A stretch of 64,000 bases of DNA from NCBI GenBank assembly GCA_963693365.1, contig CAVNZM010000014.1, positions 2,976,001 to 3,040,000 of the forward strand. Reading direction: 5' to 3'. Shown piece after piece: positions 14,707-43,085 of the stretch. Positions within the stretch are counted from its first letter, which is position 1. Each line of letters opens with the position of its first letter. The stretch comes from Amoebidium appalachense (taxonomy: Eukaryota > Protista > Ichthyosporea). A program made the position numbers and the translations under genes. Under the pieces are notes generated by a model. That model made no database searches, was not told the origin of the DNA, and saw only the letters and a program-made list of their open reading frames with translations.

Positions 14707-15244
14707 TACATACACGCCATCCCGATACTACTGCTTTAGACTATTTGCGAAATATCAAAACACGTGACTTTTTTATACACTAAACTCTTACTTGGCTAGA
14801 AAATTTAAAGATTATTGATCCCCGTATACCGTAGTTTATCTTGTCAATAAAGTATTTGGAAATCATACAGCTGAATATTCCTACTCAAAGTTTTTATTGC
14901 TTTCGTTTTTGGTATATCTCGAGCTTGTTGGATATCCGGTGAAGCTTATCAAGCCACTATATTATGATATTATATATATATATATATATATCCGTTCTTA
15001 GCCCATGTCTGATGCCCGGTTAAAATAGATTTCATGGTCCCCCCCCCCCCCCCCCCCCCCCTCTTCCCCCCCACCCCCTCATTCCTTCCGGCCCCCGGCG
15101 GGCCTGGCTAGCAAATTTTATTCGCGCTGTGGGGTGGAAAGGCAGGGATGTAAGAAAAAATGCTTGGAGGAAAGAAAGATAGATTCTGGGAGGGGAGAGG
15201 AGCGATCGGGATTTCATTCCGGTCGACTCCGTCGGCAAATAGGT

Positions 15245-15275
<31 letters not shown>

Positions 15276-15454
15276 GGGGGGGGGGAGGGGGAGACATATC
15301 ACGTCCTCTGTTCTTTGAAAGGGGAGAGGAGCCCGGGAAGGAAGAGGCCTGAGGAAGGGGGGGGGGGGGGGGGGGTAGAATTCGAATGCTTGATGATAGA
15401 AACACCGGCCTACATAACAGCCGGTATCACCGGCACCCAGTGCTTTCTAATTGT

Positions 15455-15500
15455 GCCAACCTGTATTCCCAACTGTTACATGCACCTGCATCCTCCCCCC

Positions 15501-15532
<32 letters not shown>

Positions 15533-15580
15533 AAAAAAAGCCAACCTGTATTCCCAACTGTTACATGCACCTGCATCCCC
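15455..15580. repeat. Tandem duplication separated by poly-C/poly-A
   Basis: gccaacctgtattcccaactgttacatgcacctgcatcc present twice. Confidence 0.9.
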
Positions 15581-15815
15581 CCCCCCCCCCCCCCAAAAAA
15601 AAAAAAAAAAAAAAAAAAAAACCAAAAAAAAAAACCATCCCCTCTCCCCGGTCACCCACCCAAAGGGAAAACACACACACACTGGCACATGCCCGCACGA
15701 GCATGCTCACGCACATGCATACGCTCGCGCGCGCGCGCACACACACACACACGCACGTACACCCACACACCCACCCATCCACCCACCCCCCCCCCACACA
15801 CACACGAACACAAAC

Positions 15816-15964
<149 letters not shown>

Positions 15965-16156
15965 ATCTATGGCTAATGCGGTGATTACCCAAGTGTGGTT
16001 AGAAATACAAACACCACTCTTCTTCCATATGTACACTCCAATGTGCTATAATACATGCATATGCCATGTTATGATGCTACATTCTTTCTCGCGATAATCA
16101 TAATTACCATCTTTGATTCAAATTTGCAGGTGCTTTATGGTCGATTTTGCGGCTGC

Positions 16157-16620
16157 TTACGTAAGGAACAAGCGGTAGAGGGCTTCAGCCTCTTCATCCC
16201 CCTCAAAATCGGGCACAAAGTCAATCTTGACGATCTGCAAAGTGATTGGATGTAATGAACCAATCAGTGAACACATTACATGGAACCGAATCGTCCCGTT
16301 TGAAAACTGCAGCCAGGCGCATCATGTAACAAACTTTTAAAGGAACCAATCGTCTGTGTGATTTTATTTTTTAATTTTTCTCTGACAGCCACGGTGCCCC
16401 TTACGGATTTGCCCACCATTTCCCTGTCTCTCATTTGTCCACCACACTTTTCCCTCCTCAAAGGCTCCCCCCCCCCCCCCCCCCCACCCTTTCCAACACA
16501 CATGCCTACCTTTCCCCCCCTTCCCTCACCCCCCTCCCCACACCCACGTCACATATCTTTCACAAGCTCTGTACTCCCTACGACCGTTGTATACACAGAG
16601 CAACACCTGGACCAAAAAGA

Positions 16621-16651
<31 letters not shown>

Positions 16652-16907
16652 TCACAACAGGGAGATGAAGCAAGAGGGGACTAGAGAGGAGGGATGCGTG
16701 TGTGTGTGTGTGTGTGTGTGTGGAGGGAGGTTTCGAGGGGGGGGAGAGGGGGGGGAGGGGGGGGGGGAGGGCGAGAGAGTTACCTCAGTGATTCCTTCCT
16801 TTGTGTCTGGCTCCTCGAACTTGCTTCGAGACATGTTGAAAGCCAGCATGGGTATCTGGTCCTGGCCTGTACGCAGGTTACGGTACACGTTGTTGCTGTG
16901 TACGTGT

Positions 16908-16945
<38 letters not shown>

Positions 16946-17280
16946 CGCGCGCGCGCGTGTGCGTGTGTTGGCATGTGTGTGTGTTCCCGAATGTAAGTTG
17001 TAAGGCCAGGTGCAGGGAGAAAAAACGAATCAGTGAATGGAATTTTCATGAGAACAATCTACAACCTAGTGGTACCTACCGAAACCGCAGACCACTCCCC
17101 TGCCTCCCTCCCCCCCCCCCCCCCCCCCTTCCTCCCCCCCCCCCCCCCCCTATTGTCACGCAGAAATATACTTGGTACAATATTGTTCCCCTAGTTCCAC
17201 ACAGAACGCCTACAAGTCATTATTGATTGGATGCAAGCACATGCTCCCATGTACGTGCAGTGAAGGGGAAGGCAGGGAGG

Positions 17281-17313
<33 letters not shown>

Positions 17314-17543
17314 GGGGAAGATGCCAGTCATGTCGACATGGTGTCCTTGTGCGTTTGGTTTCCCTATACCCCCCCCCCCCCCCCCCCCTCCTCCTCCCTC
17401 CGGGCCCCCTCCGCCTCTGCCCCCTCCTAACCCCCCCTTCCCCCCTCCCATCCCCTCCTCATGCACTCAAAGTTATGTGTACATGCTATCTTTCATGTGC
17501 ATGGACACACGTGTGCAGGTTGGCGCATGTATCCTCGCGAGTA

Positions 17544-17620
<77 letters not shown>

Positions 17621-17792
17621 ACACTTACTGTCTGCAATGTTCAAAGGATGCGGTGTGTCTGAAACACCTCACAGGCACCCCTTTCTTCCTGGCCACTTCG
17701 ATGTATCGAGCTCTTGATCCACTGTCCGGGTTGGTGTTGTCTGTGCACACACAGAGTAAACAACGGTTAGTATCTTGTTTAGTAAATATTCG

Positions 17793-17825
<33 letters not shown>

Positions 17826-17854
17826 GGCCCAGCCCCTCCCTCACTCCCCTTAGG

Positions 17855-17885
<31 letters not shown>

Positions 17886-18965
17886 TGAGCCCAAGCCGAA
17901 CCCTCCCTCAAATTTCCATGGAGTTTTTTTTAGTTTTTTTGAGTTGTAAATGTGTGTGCGTGTTGTTTCACGTGTGGTGTGTGTGTGTATGCCCCGGTAC
18001 GGGTCCCGTGTTGTGTAAAAGGGTGGGCTGGGGTTAGGATGGGCAGACGGGGTAGGCAGGGGTGCGGGGACGCGGGGGGGGAGGGAGTGCGGAGGGGGGG
18101 ACGAGAAAACGAGGGAGACAGAGAGCGAGAAAGATCACTGAGGGGGGGGGGGGGGGGGGGGGGAGGGAGAGAAAGGGGGGGGGAGGGGGGAGAGAGGGAG
18201 AGAGAGGGAGGAGAGGAGAGAGAGGCCCCGGGGGGGGGGGGGGGGGGGGGGGGGGTGAGCTTGGAGGGGGGGGGGGGGGGGGGGGGGGAGGCAGGATGGT
18301 TAGAGTGCAAGAGTACGAATGGGAGGGGGAGGTGATGGGGAGAGTGGGGGGAGGGGGGGAAGGGGAGGGGGAGGGGAGGCGAAAGGGTAAACACACCGAT
18401 GACAACACTCTTCCCCTTTGCCAGTGCAGCTTCACATGCGGCTACACACTTCTGCCAAGTCTTGAGTGTATCCTGCAAGGCAAAACGTGAGCTCGGGGTA
18501 TGGCACAGGAGAAAACATGGGGAGATTTTTTCTTTTTCCTGGGGGGGGGGGGGGGGGGGGGGGGAAGGGGGGGGTGAATGCGCCATAGAGTAAGAAGTAC
18601 ATAATCATAACGGATAACACAATGCAGAATGCAAACCATACACGAAGAGTATGCATAATAAGCAGAGCCCATCCTCCGGTTGGGGGGGGGGGGGGGGGGG
18701 GGGGAGGGGGGAGGAGGGAAGAAGAGAGAGGAAGAAGGGGAAAAGGTAAAAAAGGGTCCTAAATCCGGTTGTGTGCACGTCACTTCAAGTGTAATGAGAT
18801 GGGGAGTGACACAAGTAGGTGGGTAAAAACGTAAGGCCAAGTAGACTAACGCTGTGTATCGGCTTGGATTTTGCACTTTCCCTATGATCACAACATTCAT
18901 TTCGTGCTCTGTGAATGTGTCACACAAACATAAACCCTGACAACCCTTCAATCCCCCCCCCTCCC

Positions 18966-18996
<31 letters not shown>

Positions 18997-19982
18997 CACT
19001 TGTCCCACCCCCACAGGGACAAACGAAAAAGAACTATAAAGAAAGTGAGAAAAGTATCCAAATAAACACACCCACCCACCCACACACACACACACAGACA
19101 CAGAGAGTAAGAAAACGGAGGGGGAAGGGGGGGGGGGGAGGGGGGGGGGGAGAGGGCTCACCCACCTGATTGATGTGCTCGTATCCAGCGGGAATAAGGT
19201 ATCTCTTACTGAACGTGGTCTTACCACTCGCCTGCGTGGAATAGCCATAACGGTAAACGAATGACATTTCGGGGTTTTTGCCAGGTGAAATCCCACCCAT
19301 CCACACAGCCACCCACCCACCCACCCACCCACCCACACCCTCACAAGAAAGAAAGAAAGAAAGAAAAAGGAAGAAAGGAAGGGGCAAAAAAAGGAAAATG
19401 AAATGAAAACCGCTCGACACAAGAGGAAAAAAAAGGACAAAAAAAAAAAAAAAAAAAAAGAAAAAAAAACCCCGGCTGGCTCAGATTACAAGTACCTCCT
19501 CTAAGGAGTGGAGTAAAGAGAAAAAAACGACAAAGGAAAGAGGGTGGATGCAGTGAAAGCTTTGTCGTCCCCTTGACGGGGGCGCTTCAGGGGGGAGGGG
19601 GGGAGACGGGGTTTAGAGTGTGTTAGAGAGTATGAAGCACATGTTCATAACGGTCAACATCATGCAGAGTCCAAATCACACATAAAGAGTATGCGTCATA
19701 TGATAATAAGCAGAGCCACTCTTAAGGGTGAGCCCCACGTCATCCACAGTACCCGAGTTTCGACCCATTCACCTCGTCAACGAAACCCAACTCAGGTTAT
19801 GTTCTACTTGAACATGGGTGGGACACTCGTCTTGGGCAGAGAGACGGGGAGGGAGGGGGAGGGAGGATTGGGGAAGGGGTGGGGGGAGGGGGGAAGGGGG
19901 GAGATTTCAAGATCAACTTACCGGAAAGCCGACATTGAGTATGACCTCCTGTTTCTTAGACACCAAGTTGCTGTAGTCAGGC

Positions 19983-20024
<42 letters not shown>

Positions 20025-20447
20025 TGTGTATGTGTGTGGGTGCGTACGCGCACGTGTGTGTGTGTGTGTATGTGTGTGTGTATGTGTGTGGGTGTGTGTG
20101 TTTTTGTGAGGGTGAGTGTGTGTGTGATCGTGTGTGTGCAGGCATGTATGTGCGGAAGTATGCATGTGCATGTGTGTTGGTGCACGTACGTGTTTCATAG
20201 CCAACAACACCAGTTTATAGTCAGTAAATACGCACGGCACACCTGATTCTGTCAAAGCTGCATATGTGAGAGAGGAAAGAAAAGACACAGGGGGGGAGAA
20301 GAGGGGGGGGGGGGGGGTGGGGGGGCGGGTTGGGGGGAGAGGGGAGGGGGGTTAGAATGCCGTACACATTTATTAGATTTAACAAAAATAATAAATAAAC
20401 ACACTAAGCGTTCAACATATATTAGAGCCCAGCCTCGTGTGCAGGGG

Positions 20448-20479
<32 letters not shown>

Positions 20480-20536
20480 GTTAAATGCGCAATAGAGTAT
20501 GAAGTACACATTCACAGCGGACAACAAGGGGGAGAG

Positions 20537-20567
<31 letters not shown>

Positions 20568-20840
20568 AAGTGATCCACAGTTCCTAAAAAAAGGCGTGTT
20601 TTCGACCCATTTACATCGCAATGGGCAGGGTTTGAGAGAGAGGAAATGAGGGGATGGGGGGGAGATTGAGGAGGGAGGGGGGGGGGGGAGGGGGAGAGGG
20701 GACGGGGGGGGGGGGGGGGGGGGGGGGTTTACCTTTCGTGCCAGCTGCAAGGGTTGACGGGTCAAAGCCCTGGGAGGTGAAGGGAGCTGGTCTTTCCTTC
20801 AGAAAGTATTCTTCAGGGGTGTGGAACTTTTTTTTTTTTT

Positions 20841-20897
<57 letters not shown>

Positions 20898-21003
20898 CAG
20901 TCATGCTTGGTTCGTCAATTTTGATCGATAGATCACAGGCGGGCGTTTGGGATGAGGGGTGGGTTTGATGGTGGGGGGGTGGGTGGGTGGGTGGGTGGTG
21001 TGT

Positions 21004-21034
<31 letters not shown>

Positions 21035-22262
21035 GGGGGGGGGAGGGATTGGGGGAGAGGGGGAGGGGAGGGGGATGGGTGGGTGGGGTTGGGGGGGGGG
21101 GGGGTTGGTTTTTTTTTTTTTTTTTTTTTTTTTCCCCGGGGCGGGCCGGGGGGGGGGGGGGGGGGGGGGGGTTATGACAGGTGGAGAAAGGGAAAGGAGG
21201 GGGAAGGTGTGAGGGTTTTGTGGAAAAGAAGAAAAGGGGGTATAAGCTTTGGGGTTGAGGGAGTGGAGGGCTCACTGTCTGTTAAAAATGTGTGTGTGTG
21301 TGTGTGTGTGTGTGTGATGTGTATGTTCGTACGTGCAAGTGTGTGTGTGTGCATGCACGCACGCAGGTGTGTATAATTGGGAGGGGGGGTGCGGGGGAGG
21401 GGGCGAGGGGGGAGGGGCAGGGAGGGGGGGAGGGATGAGTTAGGATAATAAACGGAAGCAAGTCGGAACTCTATATATCGTTTGTGGTGTGTGTGCAGGC
21501 ATGTACATGTGCACATGTGTGTGTGTGTGCGCCCACACACACACACTCGCAGAAGCCTGCTTGTTTTCACAGAAAAGTAAACAAAACACAACATGCAACC
21601 CTGTGGACACAATAAAGTTTACTTTGGAGGGGTGGGGTGGGGGTGGGGTGGGGGGGGGGGGGGGGGGAGGGGGGGGGGGGGGAAGATATGAAAACACCCA
21701 ACAACCATAACTGCTACACAGTTATACCGCACGGAAAACATAGTGTTCTTACCTTAATGCCGATATTTCGGGCAAATTGCCTGTGGAATATCCCAGATAT
21801 ACCCTGTTAGTTTCTGTTCTTTATTAACCCTGTACACGCCAAATCTGCATGCTATTACTACCTCTCCTATCGGCACACATAGTTTGAGGTTCAATTAAAC
21901 ATATTGTTACATGCATGTGCACACGGACACAAACACGTACGTGCTCACACCCACATCTGCACCCACATACAGACACACAAACACATATACACAGACATAC
22001 GGGCATAATTGCACACAGGCACACAGACACACACACACATGCAATCATGTAATGAAAAGCACTCATGCACAAGCCACAGGCAGACAGACCTATGCCCCTC
22101 CCCCCTCCCCTGCCCTCACCCCTCCCCCCCCCCCCCCTCCCCAAATTATCCCTCTGCTCACCCTACCTTGATTCACACACACACACCACCGTGCCCACTC
22201 TACCCCCCCCCCCCCCCCCCCCCCCCAAACACACACACCGAAAGCACGCACGCACGCACACA

Positions 22263-22294
<32 letters not shown>

Positions 22295-22335
22295 CACACA
22301 CACGCACACAGACACGCACGCACGCACACGCACGA

Positions 22336-22414
<79 letters not shown>

Positions 22415-23267
22415 GCCAGCACTCATGCCCAAGCCACAGACAGGCAGACAGACATATGCCCCCCCCCCCCCCCCTCCCCCCCCCCCTCCACCCCCACCAC
22501 CACACAACACACACACACACACACACACCACCACCACATTCCCAACATTAACCCTTCCACTATCCTACCTGTCTGTATCTGAGAAATCCTTTTTCGCTTT
22601 TGGTTTCCATTTTTCCGGTCTCCCCGCTGCGTCGCCGACGAAAAACGACTCCGAGAGATTGATTTCTGTGTCCTTGTTCTCCCTCTCTGCCAGAATTTTC
22701 CAAAGGCCGGTAACTGGTTTTCTGCACATGATATAAGTCAGACTTAAGCTTTCTTTACTCTTTAGTTTATGTTATATTTTGTATCATCAGAATGTTTATT
22801 TTTCGTAATCGCTTTACTTCATTGAGCAAATCTCGTCACAAGATTCCATTGTTGATTATTACTTTTTGTACCACAAACACACACACACACATCACCGTCG
22901 GTTTCCAAACAGGTGTAAAACATAACACAACTCACAAACCAACAACAGTAAAAACAACAAAAAACAAATAACAGAAAAGAAGCACACGGCTAGATGTGAT
23001 AAAAAAAGCAGACAGAATCGATGCGGAGCCAAAGAAATGAAGACAAAAAGAAAGGGGAACGTCTGGGAAAGAAAGAAACGCGAGAACGGAAGCAGAGAGA
23101 GGAAGATAACCATGGGAGGGAGCCAATTACCCCCCCCCCCCCCCCCCCCCCCACACACACACACCCCTCCCCCCTCCCCCCCCCCCCCCCCTTTCCCCTG
23201 CGGCTGCTGCATGTCAACCCTGTGAGAGAAAATGCAATGGGGCAGGGTGGAGGGATAATAGTTAAAT

Positions 23268-23310
<43 letters not shown>

Positions 23311-23421
23311 TGTGCGCGCGCGCATGTGTGTGCATGTGCATGTGCATGTGCGTGTGCGTGCGTGTACGTGCAAGTGTGTGTGTCTCTCTCTCTGTGTGTG
23401 TGTGTGCGTGTGCGTGTGCGT

Positions 23422-23503
<82 letters not shown>

Positions 23504-24707
23504 GTATGCGTGCGTGCGCGCGTGAGTGCATGTGTGTGTGTGTGCTTGAGCATCAGCGTGCGTGTGCATGTGCGCTGTGTGCGTGTATATGTGTGGAAAA
23601 CAAAGAAAACAACAGAAAGCGAACAAAGAAAACAAAAGGAAACAAAGAAAGGCAAAAAGAGAACAGAATGCAAACAAACAACTACCACCCACCTGAACTT
23701 ATCCTGATCGATGGAGCCAAGAACCAGCACGGGAACTTCCGCCTATGCCCCCCAACGAATACATTGTCAGAGCAGAATACTCTTTTCTTTCCTCAAACCC
23801 CCCCCCCCCCCCCCCCCTCCCTCCCTTTCCCTTCCCACCCCTTCACCTCCCCATCTTAAAAAAAACGCAAGGACACAAACACACATAGGTCCCTCCTCTT
23901 GCCCCCCCCCCCCCCCCCCCCCCCCTCCTCCCCTCCCCAAACACCCCACCCCAGCCCAGACCGAGATTTTTCATTTTAGTAGCCAATGAAACCATGTATA
24001 TAAGAGTAAAACCAACAAGCACTCATCATAACCGTTCAACCTGTTTTTGCCCCCCGTGGGGTGTGGCCAAGGTAAGAACATAGGGAGGCGAGAGGAGGGG
24101 AATGAGTCGACATTCCGAGGTGGGCAGGGAGGGAGGGGAAGGGGGAGGGGGTGCGAGAAAGTGGGGGGGGGGGGGGAGGGGGGGGATGAGAGGGAGGGGA
24201 GGAGGGACGGACGGGGCGGAGGGGGGGAAGGGGGGGGGGGGGGAGGTGAGTGAGTGGGAGGGGGGATCCCGGACGAAGGTGGAGGGGGGAGAGAGAAAAA
24301 AGGGGAGAGGAGAGGGAGGGGGAGGGAGGTAGGAAGGGTGGTTGCCGAGGGAGGGATTACGAGAGATAGGGGAAATGGGACAGGCGAGGCCATGAGGAGT
24401 GCCCCCCCCCCCCCCCCCCCCTCCCCTTCTCCCCTCCCCCCATTCCTCCCCCCCCCCCCCCCCCCCCTCCCCCCCAACACACACACACATACATAACCAA
24501 CCAACCAACATCAACGGCCGATAAAGCACAACTAGACCTCTAGAGACGGAAAAACAGAACGGAATGAGAAAAGCAAAAAAACAACCGGAAAAATGTACAG
24601 TGATACCCACCTTTGCAACAACATTGTTCAGTTTTTTGTAGAAGTCTGTGGCCTTGACCTTACCCTTGAGAATCCCATTCTGATTGGTGAAAAACACAAG
24701 GCGGTAG

Positions 24708-24757
<50 letters not shown>

Positions 24758-24802
24758 GTGTGTGTGTTTGAGTGTGAGTGAGTGAGTGTGAGTGTGAGTG
24801 TG

Positions 24803-24875
<73 letters not shown>

Positions 24876-25670
24876 ACCCACATACGCGGTGGCACCCACG
24901 GCAAGTATGTGTGCGTAATGGTGGTGTGGTGCGGGAAGGGGGCCAGTGGGGAGTGGGTGGCGGCAGGGGGGGGGTGGGGGTGGGGGGGGGGGGGGGGGAG
25001 AGGAAGAGGGGGTCAAAGGCGGTACACAATACGACTTTAAAAGATATGGAGCCCAAGCATTAAACTTTATGTATTATCACACGAAAAGCTTCATGTCCAG
25101 GGGGAGGGGGGGGGGGGGAGGGGGGGAGGTGAGCGTGAGCGGGAAAAGGGGGGGGGGGGGGGGGGGGGGGGGGGGGAGGGGGGAGTACCCGTTCTTGTGG
25201 AGATCCTGCAGCTTGGCTGGAATGCAATCGAACAGAAACTTCCAATCATGCGTGTCGACCGGAAACTTCTTTCCCGATTTGGTAGTGATAATGGTGTCGT
25301 CCTTAAGAAAAGAGAGAATTGATGAGTTTTTAGCGTTTCAATGATTTAGAGCTCCTTTTTAATTTCTCCCCTCAATTTCTTTCATGGCACTTACTCAGCT
25401 TCCTTACCATGTCTCGCATCCCCCCCCCCCCCCCCCCCCCCATCCCCCCCTCCCCTCGGCCACAAACACCCACCCACCCAACACACACACACACACCACA
25501 CATCCAGCCTCAAACCCCTCCCCCCCCCCCCTCCCCCCCCCAAAAAACCTGAAAATATATAATAAAAAAGCCACACACCCCACCCCACCTAAACCCCGTT
25601 TGCCCCACTTGTCCACACTCCCCCCCCCCCCCCCCCCCCCTCCCTTACTCACTCCCCCCCCCCCCCAAAA

Positions 25671-25701
<31 letters not shown>

Positions 25702-26046
25702 GAAAACAGACATTCATCCCCAGAGCGAAAAAAAAATGGATAAAGCACTAATCATCAAATAAGCACATATATAACTACAATGATAATGCAGGATAAAAAA
25801 AGGAAATTCCACTTGCACACCCACCACGTCAAATGCAGCTATCTTGCTCCTAGTCTCCTGTCTGCCCACCCGTCCAATAAATGCCGTTTTTTGGTACTCC
25901 GCCCACTCCGTCTTGTCCTCCCCTACAAAGCAACCATATTCATAGTCAGTGTTTGGAAGGTTATGCATCTCAACGTGTTGCAAACTCTGAAAGCCTGCAA
26001 AGCCTTTGCTCTCTCTCCACCCCATCAGCCCCCCCGTGCCCCTCCC

Positions 26047-26077
<31 letters not shown>

Positions 26078-26103
26078 AAATCCCCCCCCCCCCCCCCCCC
26101 CAC

Positions 26104-26159
<56 letters not shown>

Positions 26160-26479
26160 ATCTATCTCCCCCCGTTTCCCGTCCTCCTTGCCCTTGCCCT
26201 CCCTCCCCCCTCCCCCCCTTTCCTCATCTCGCTCCCTTTTCCTGTCGCACCCCGTTTCAGTCCCACTATCCACACCTGCTCTCTTTAACCCTCCCCCCTC
26301 CCCCCCCTTCCCCATCCCTCTTTTCCCCTGGTGGCATACACCCAAACCAACGCTAACGACCTGTTACATCCATAGACATAATGAAGAACTTAAAAGAGCC
26401 TAGGGCATTTACCTTCTGTCTTCTGCTTCTTGTTTTTGGGCTCGAAGAAGTCCAAAATCTCTCGCTTCTTTGCAGACAT
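16157..26479 (-). CDS. PNKP: Bifunctional polynucleotide kinase 3'-phosphatase, 14 exons, no FHA domain seen
   Basis: Spliced motifs AAFDV|[22 protein letters not shown]|[24 protein letters not shown]|QFARNIGIK|[10 protein letters not shown]-loop VGFP|ASGKTT, INQ|[10 protein letters not shown]|NTNPD, HNNVYR. Exons approx. 26413-26479, 25825-25994, 25189-25301, 24611-24707, 23693-23752, 22568-22722, 21753-21780, 20733-20826, 19922-19983, 19166-19231, 18397-18472, 17628-17740, 16784-16898, 16157-16234. Confidence 0.95.
18587..18676 (-). repeat. Repeat family A, copy 2 (3' part), PNKP intron
   Basis: Minus strand reads gaggatgggctctgcttattatgcatactcttcgtgtatggtttgcattctgcattgtgttatccgtt. Confidence 0.9.
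19627..19834 (-). repeat. Repeat family A, copy 3 (diverged, full length), PNKP intron
   Basis: Minus strand reads cccatgttcaagtagaacataacctgagttgggtttcgttgacgaggtgaatgggtcgaaactcgggtactgtggatgacgtggggc...gctctgcttattat. Confidence 0.92.
20493..20625 (-). repeat. Repeat family A, copy 6 (degenerate, poly-G interrupted), PNKP intron
   Basis: Plus strand atccacagt..tttcgacccatttacatcg and agagtatgaagtacac match the two halves of copy 3. Confidence 0.6.
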
Positions 26480-27877
26480 GTTTGTTACCGAACGAAACAG
26501 ACCACGTCTGTTGATGTGCCACGCAGGTCTGCCTTCTTGAACCACAGCCAAAATAGCGTGTACGGCGGCTCCCCTTTGAATGATCGTGCACATGTGATCC
26601 CTAGTATAGATCTGGTGTTTGTGTGTAGTGTGTAGGACATGCCATGTGTGTTCTGTGGGCTCAGTTTTCAGCTTGAAAATTCTCCGCCGGTTTCGCTTTG
26701 AGCTGTTATCTCAACTTGAGGAAGTTGCAGAGCTGCAGGAAGGAAATCATGTGTGAGAAACTGTGACGCTAGGGCAGGGACTTGAGTATAACGAGTAGAA
26801 GCGCAGAAAAAGGGCAACGCACACCATGTTAGATCCCCGAGGGAGATGGGTTGGGGGTATTGGGTGAGTGTTTGGGAGTTTGGAGCGGGAGGGGAGGAGA
26901 TTGGGGCGGGAGGGGGAGGAGAAATCAGCACGGAAGGCATGCACATGCATTTAATTCAGTCTGTGTAACTGGCTAACCATAGACCATGCCACCATCCAAA
27001 AAAACGAGCCTCTTTTACATATGTTCGACACTCGACAAATTGTTCGGTCTTGAACTATTGCCTCTTAGGATAGCTCTTATTTTTTAGTGATTCTCTGGCG
27101 TGCATGAGCGGCGCCACGGAAGCAATTACGTGCTTCCTTGCTCTATATGCATGTATCTTACCTTGCCCACAGCCATCTAATATAGTGCTTGACTTTTCAG
27201 TTAGTCAGAGGCTTTTTCTTTTTTTTTCTTTTTTGCAATGGGGGGTCGGCTCAAGCCTTTCTTGCAAGAATATCCCGAATATCTTTTGATATTCAGGGGC
27301 CAATTCGATACTTGATATATCTCGTGATATTCAGGGGCATGTCAAGATATATCAAATGAGGAGCCGCTGTGGCAGACTGCCACAGCGGCTCCTAGAGCGG
27401 GTAAGCTCCAATTGTGTCTCCGGCGTCTCAAGGACGAATATAGCCACCAATCAGCGAGCTGCAAACATGCGCGCCTTTTTTTCCCGCACTCAGCAGCGAT
27501 TGGTCAGCCTTGGGCGCGGTTTCCTTTTTTGGGCTGTTGTGATAACACCAAAAAGTTTTTACCCTCCTCCCGGCGGCCGGGCCTTTAGCGCACAGCTCAC
27601 ACGCACACAAACACACCCGTGTTTTGCACATAGTCACATATATAATAACTTAAATTGTGCACGGGTGAAAGCGGTGTGTTTTGCGCGTGTAAAGATATAG
27701 GATACTGGTGCTCACGAGGGTGTTTTGTAAAGAGTGTTATAGTTAAGCAAAAACACACGGGATGATCTGTTAGCCCATTTTCATGCGTAGAAACAGGTGG
27801 GTAACAAAACAACACGTGCTAAAGCCGAAATCGTTTTGAGACATACGAGTTCACTTGTGCGGGCTACTGAGTGAAAA
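26480..27877. promoter_or_regulatory. Divergent PNKP/CDT1 promoter region with CCAAT boxes and an E2F-like site
   Basis: Head-to-head ATGs ~1.4 kb apart; almost free of microsatellites; CCAAT 27447, TTTCCCGC 27480-27487, ATTGG 27499. Confidence 0.6.
27359..27393. repeat. Perfect 17-bp inverted repeat with 1-nt spacer
   Basis: aggagccgctgtggcag-a-ctgccacagcggctcct. Confidence 0.95.
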
Positions 27878-42042
<14,165 letters not shown>

Positions 42043-42603
42043 CCAATCAGGCGCATTGGTCATCTAGTGTACTTACGTAAGGTGTGTATGTGGTGTGTTC
42101 ATCACTTTTGTTTCGAGTAATTATTAGTAGTACCACAACCACGGCCCTCTGCTAAGTGATGCTACCGAAAATGTGGGGTGTTACTAGAAATAGATAACTG
42201 AAAATAGAATTGTCAAGAGGCGGGTTACCTAGGATATATAATTGGCGTGCCTGACCGTACCACGGCCTACTTGATAACAAGGGATATTTTTCGTGACAAA
42301 ATGGTATAGTGTTGCTAAAGACAGAAAACCAACTATAAGGAGGTGGCTTCAGACATTTAAAGTATGATCACAGTGTGTTCCTGTCTGAAATATGGACGAT
42401 TTGTTGAATACTTTTTTTTCTCGTTTTGTTTATCAATTGTTACCCCCTTATTCCCGCGTCCCAGTATGTTTTCAGTAGTTTTGCTGGTTTTAAGCGTCCT
42501 TTCCCCTCATTTATTCTGATATGATATGAGGGAGAGATGTGGATGGCCTTTCCTTTGTTGTTGCTGCTGTGTGTGTGTGCGGTGAGCCCGAAGGGGAGGG
42601 GGA

Positions 42604-42646
<43 letters not shown>

Positions 42647-43043
42647 GAGGGGGAGGGGGCCCGATGGGTTTTCACTTCTGTGTGTGTGCAATCTGAAAGC
42701 TATAGAATGCCCGGTAGGATCGCGAATGAAGGAGATGAATGTGTATTTGGCGTATTTCGATTTTCCCGTAGATGTATCAACGTTTTTCATCTTTAGAGCA
42801 CTTTGATATGGTGATCCATTGGCCTCGCATGTAAACAGACATTGAATTTTGCGGATTTTCTTGTGTTTTTGCTAATTTTTTGCATTTTTGCACGGGAGAC
42901 GGATCGGAAATAAAGCAGGTGTAGATGAAGTGATTCTATGGCTGAGTACGTGTAGCCTGCTGCCCCCGTGGTGTGAAATATCTGTGTGGGGATGGTTTTT
43001 TTTCTGGGTGCTGGGGGGGGGGGGGGGGGGGGGGGGGGCGCGC

Positions 43044-43085
<42 letters not shown>

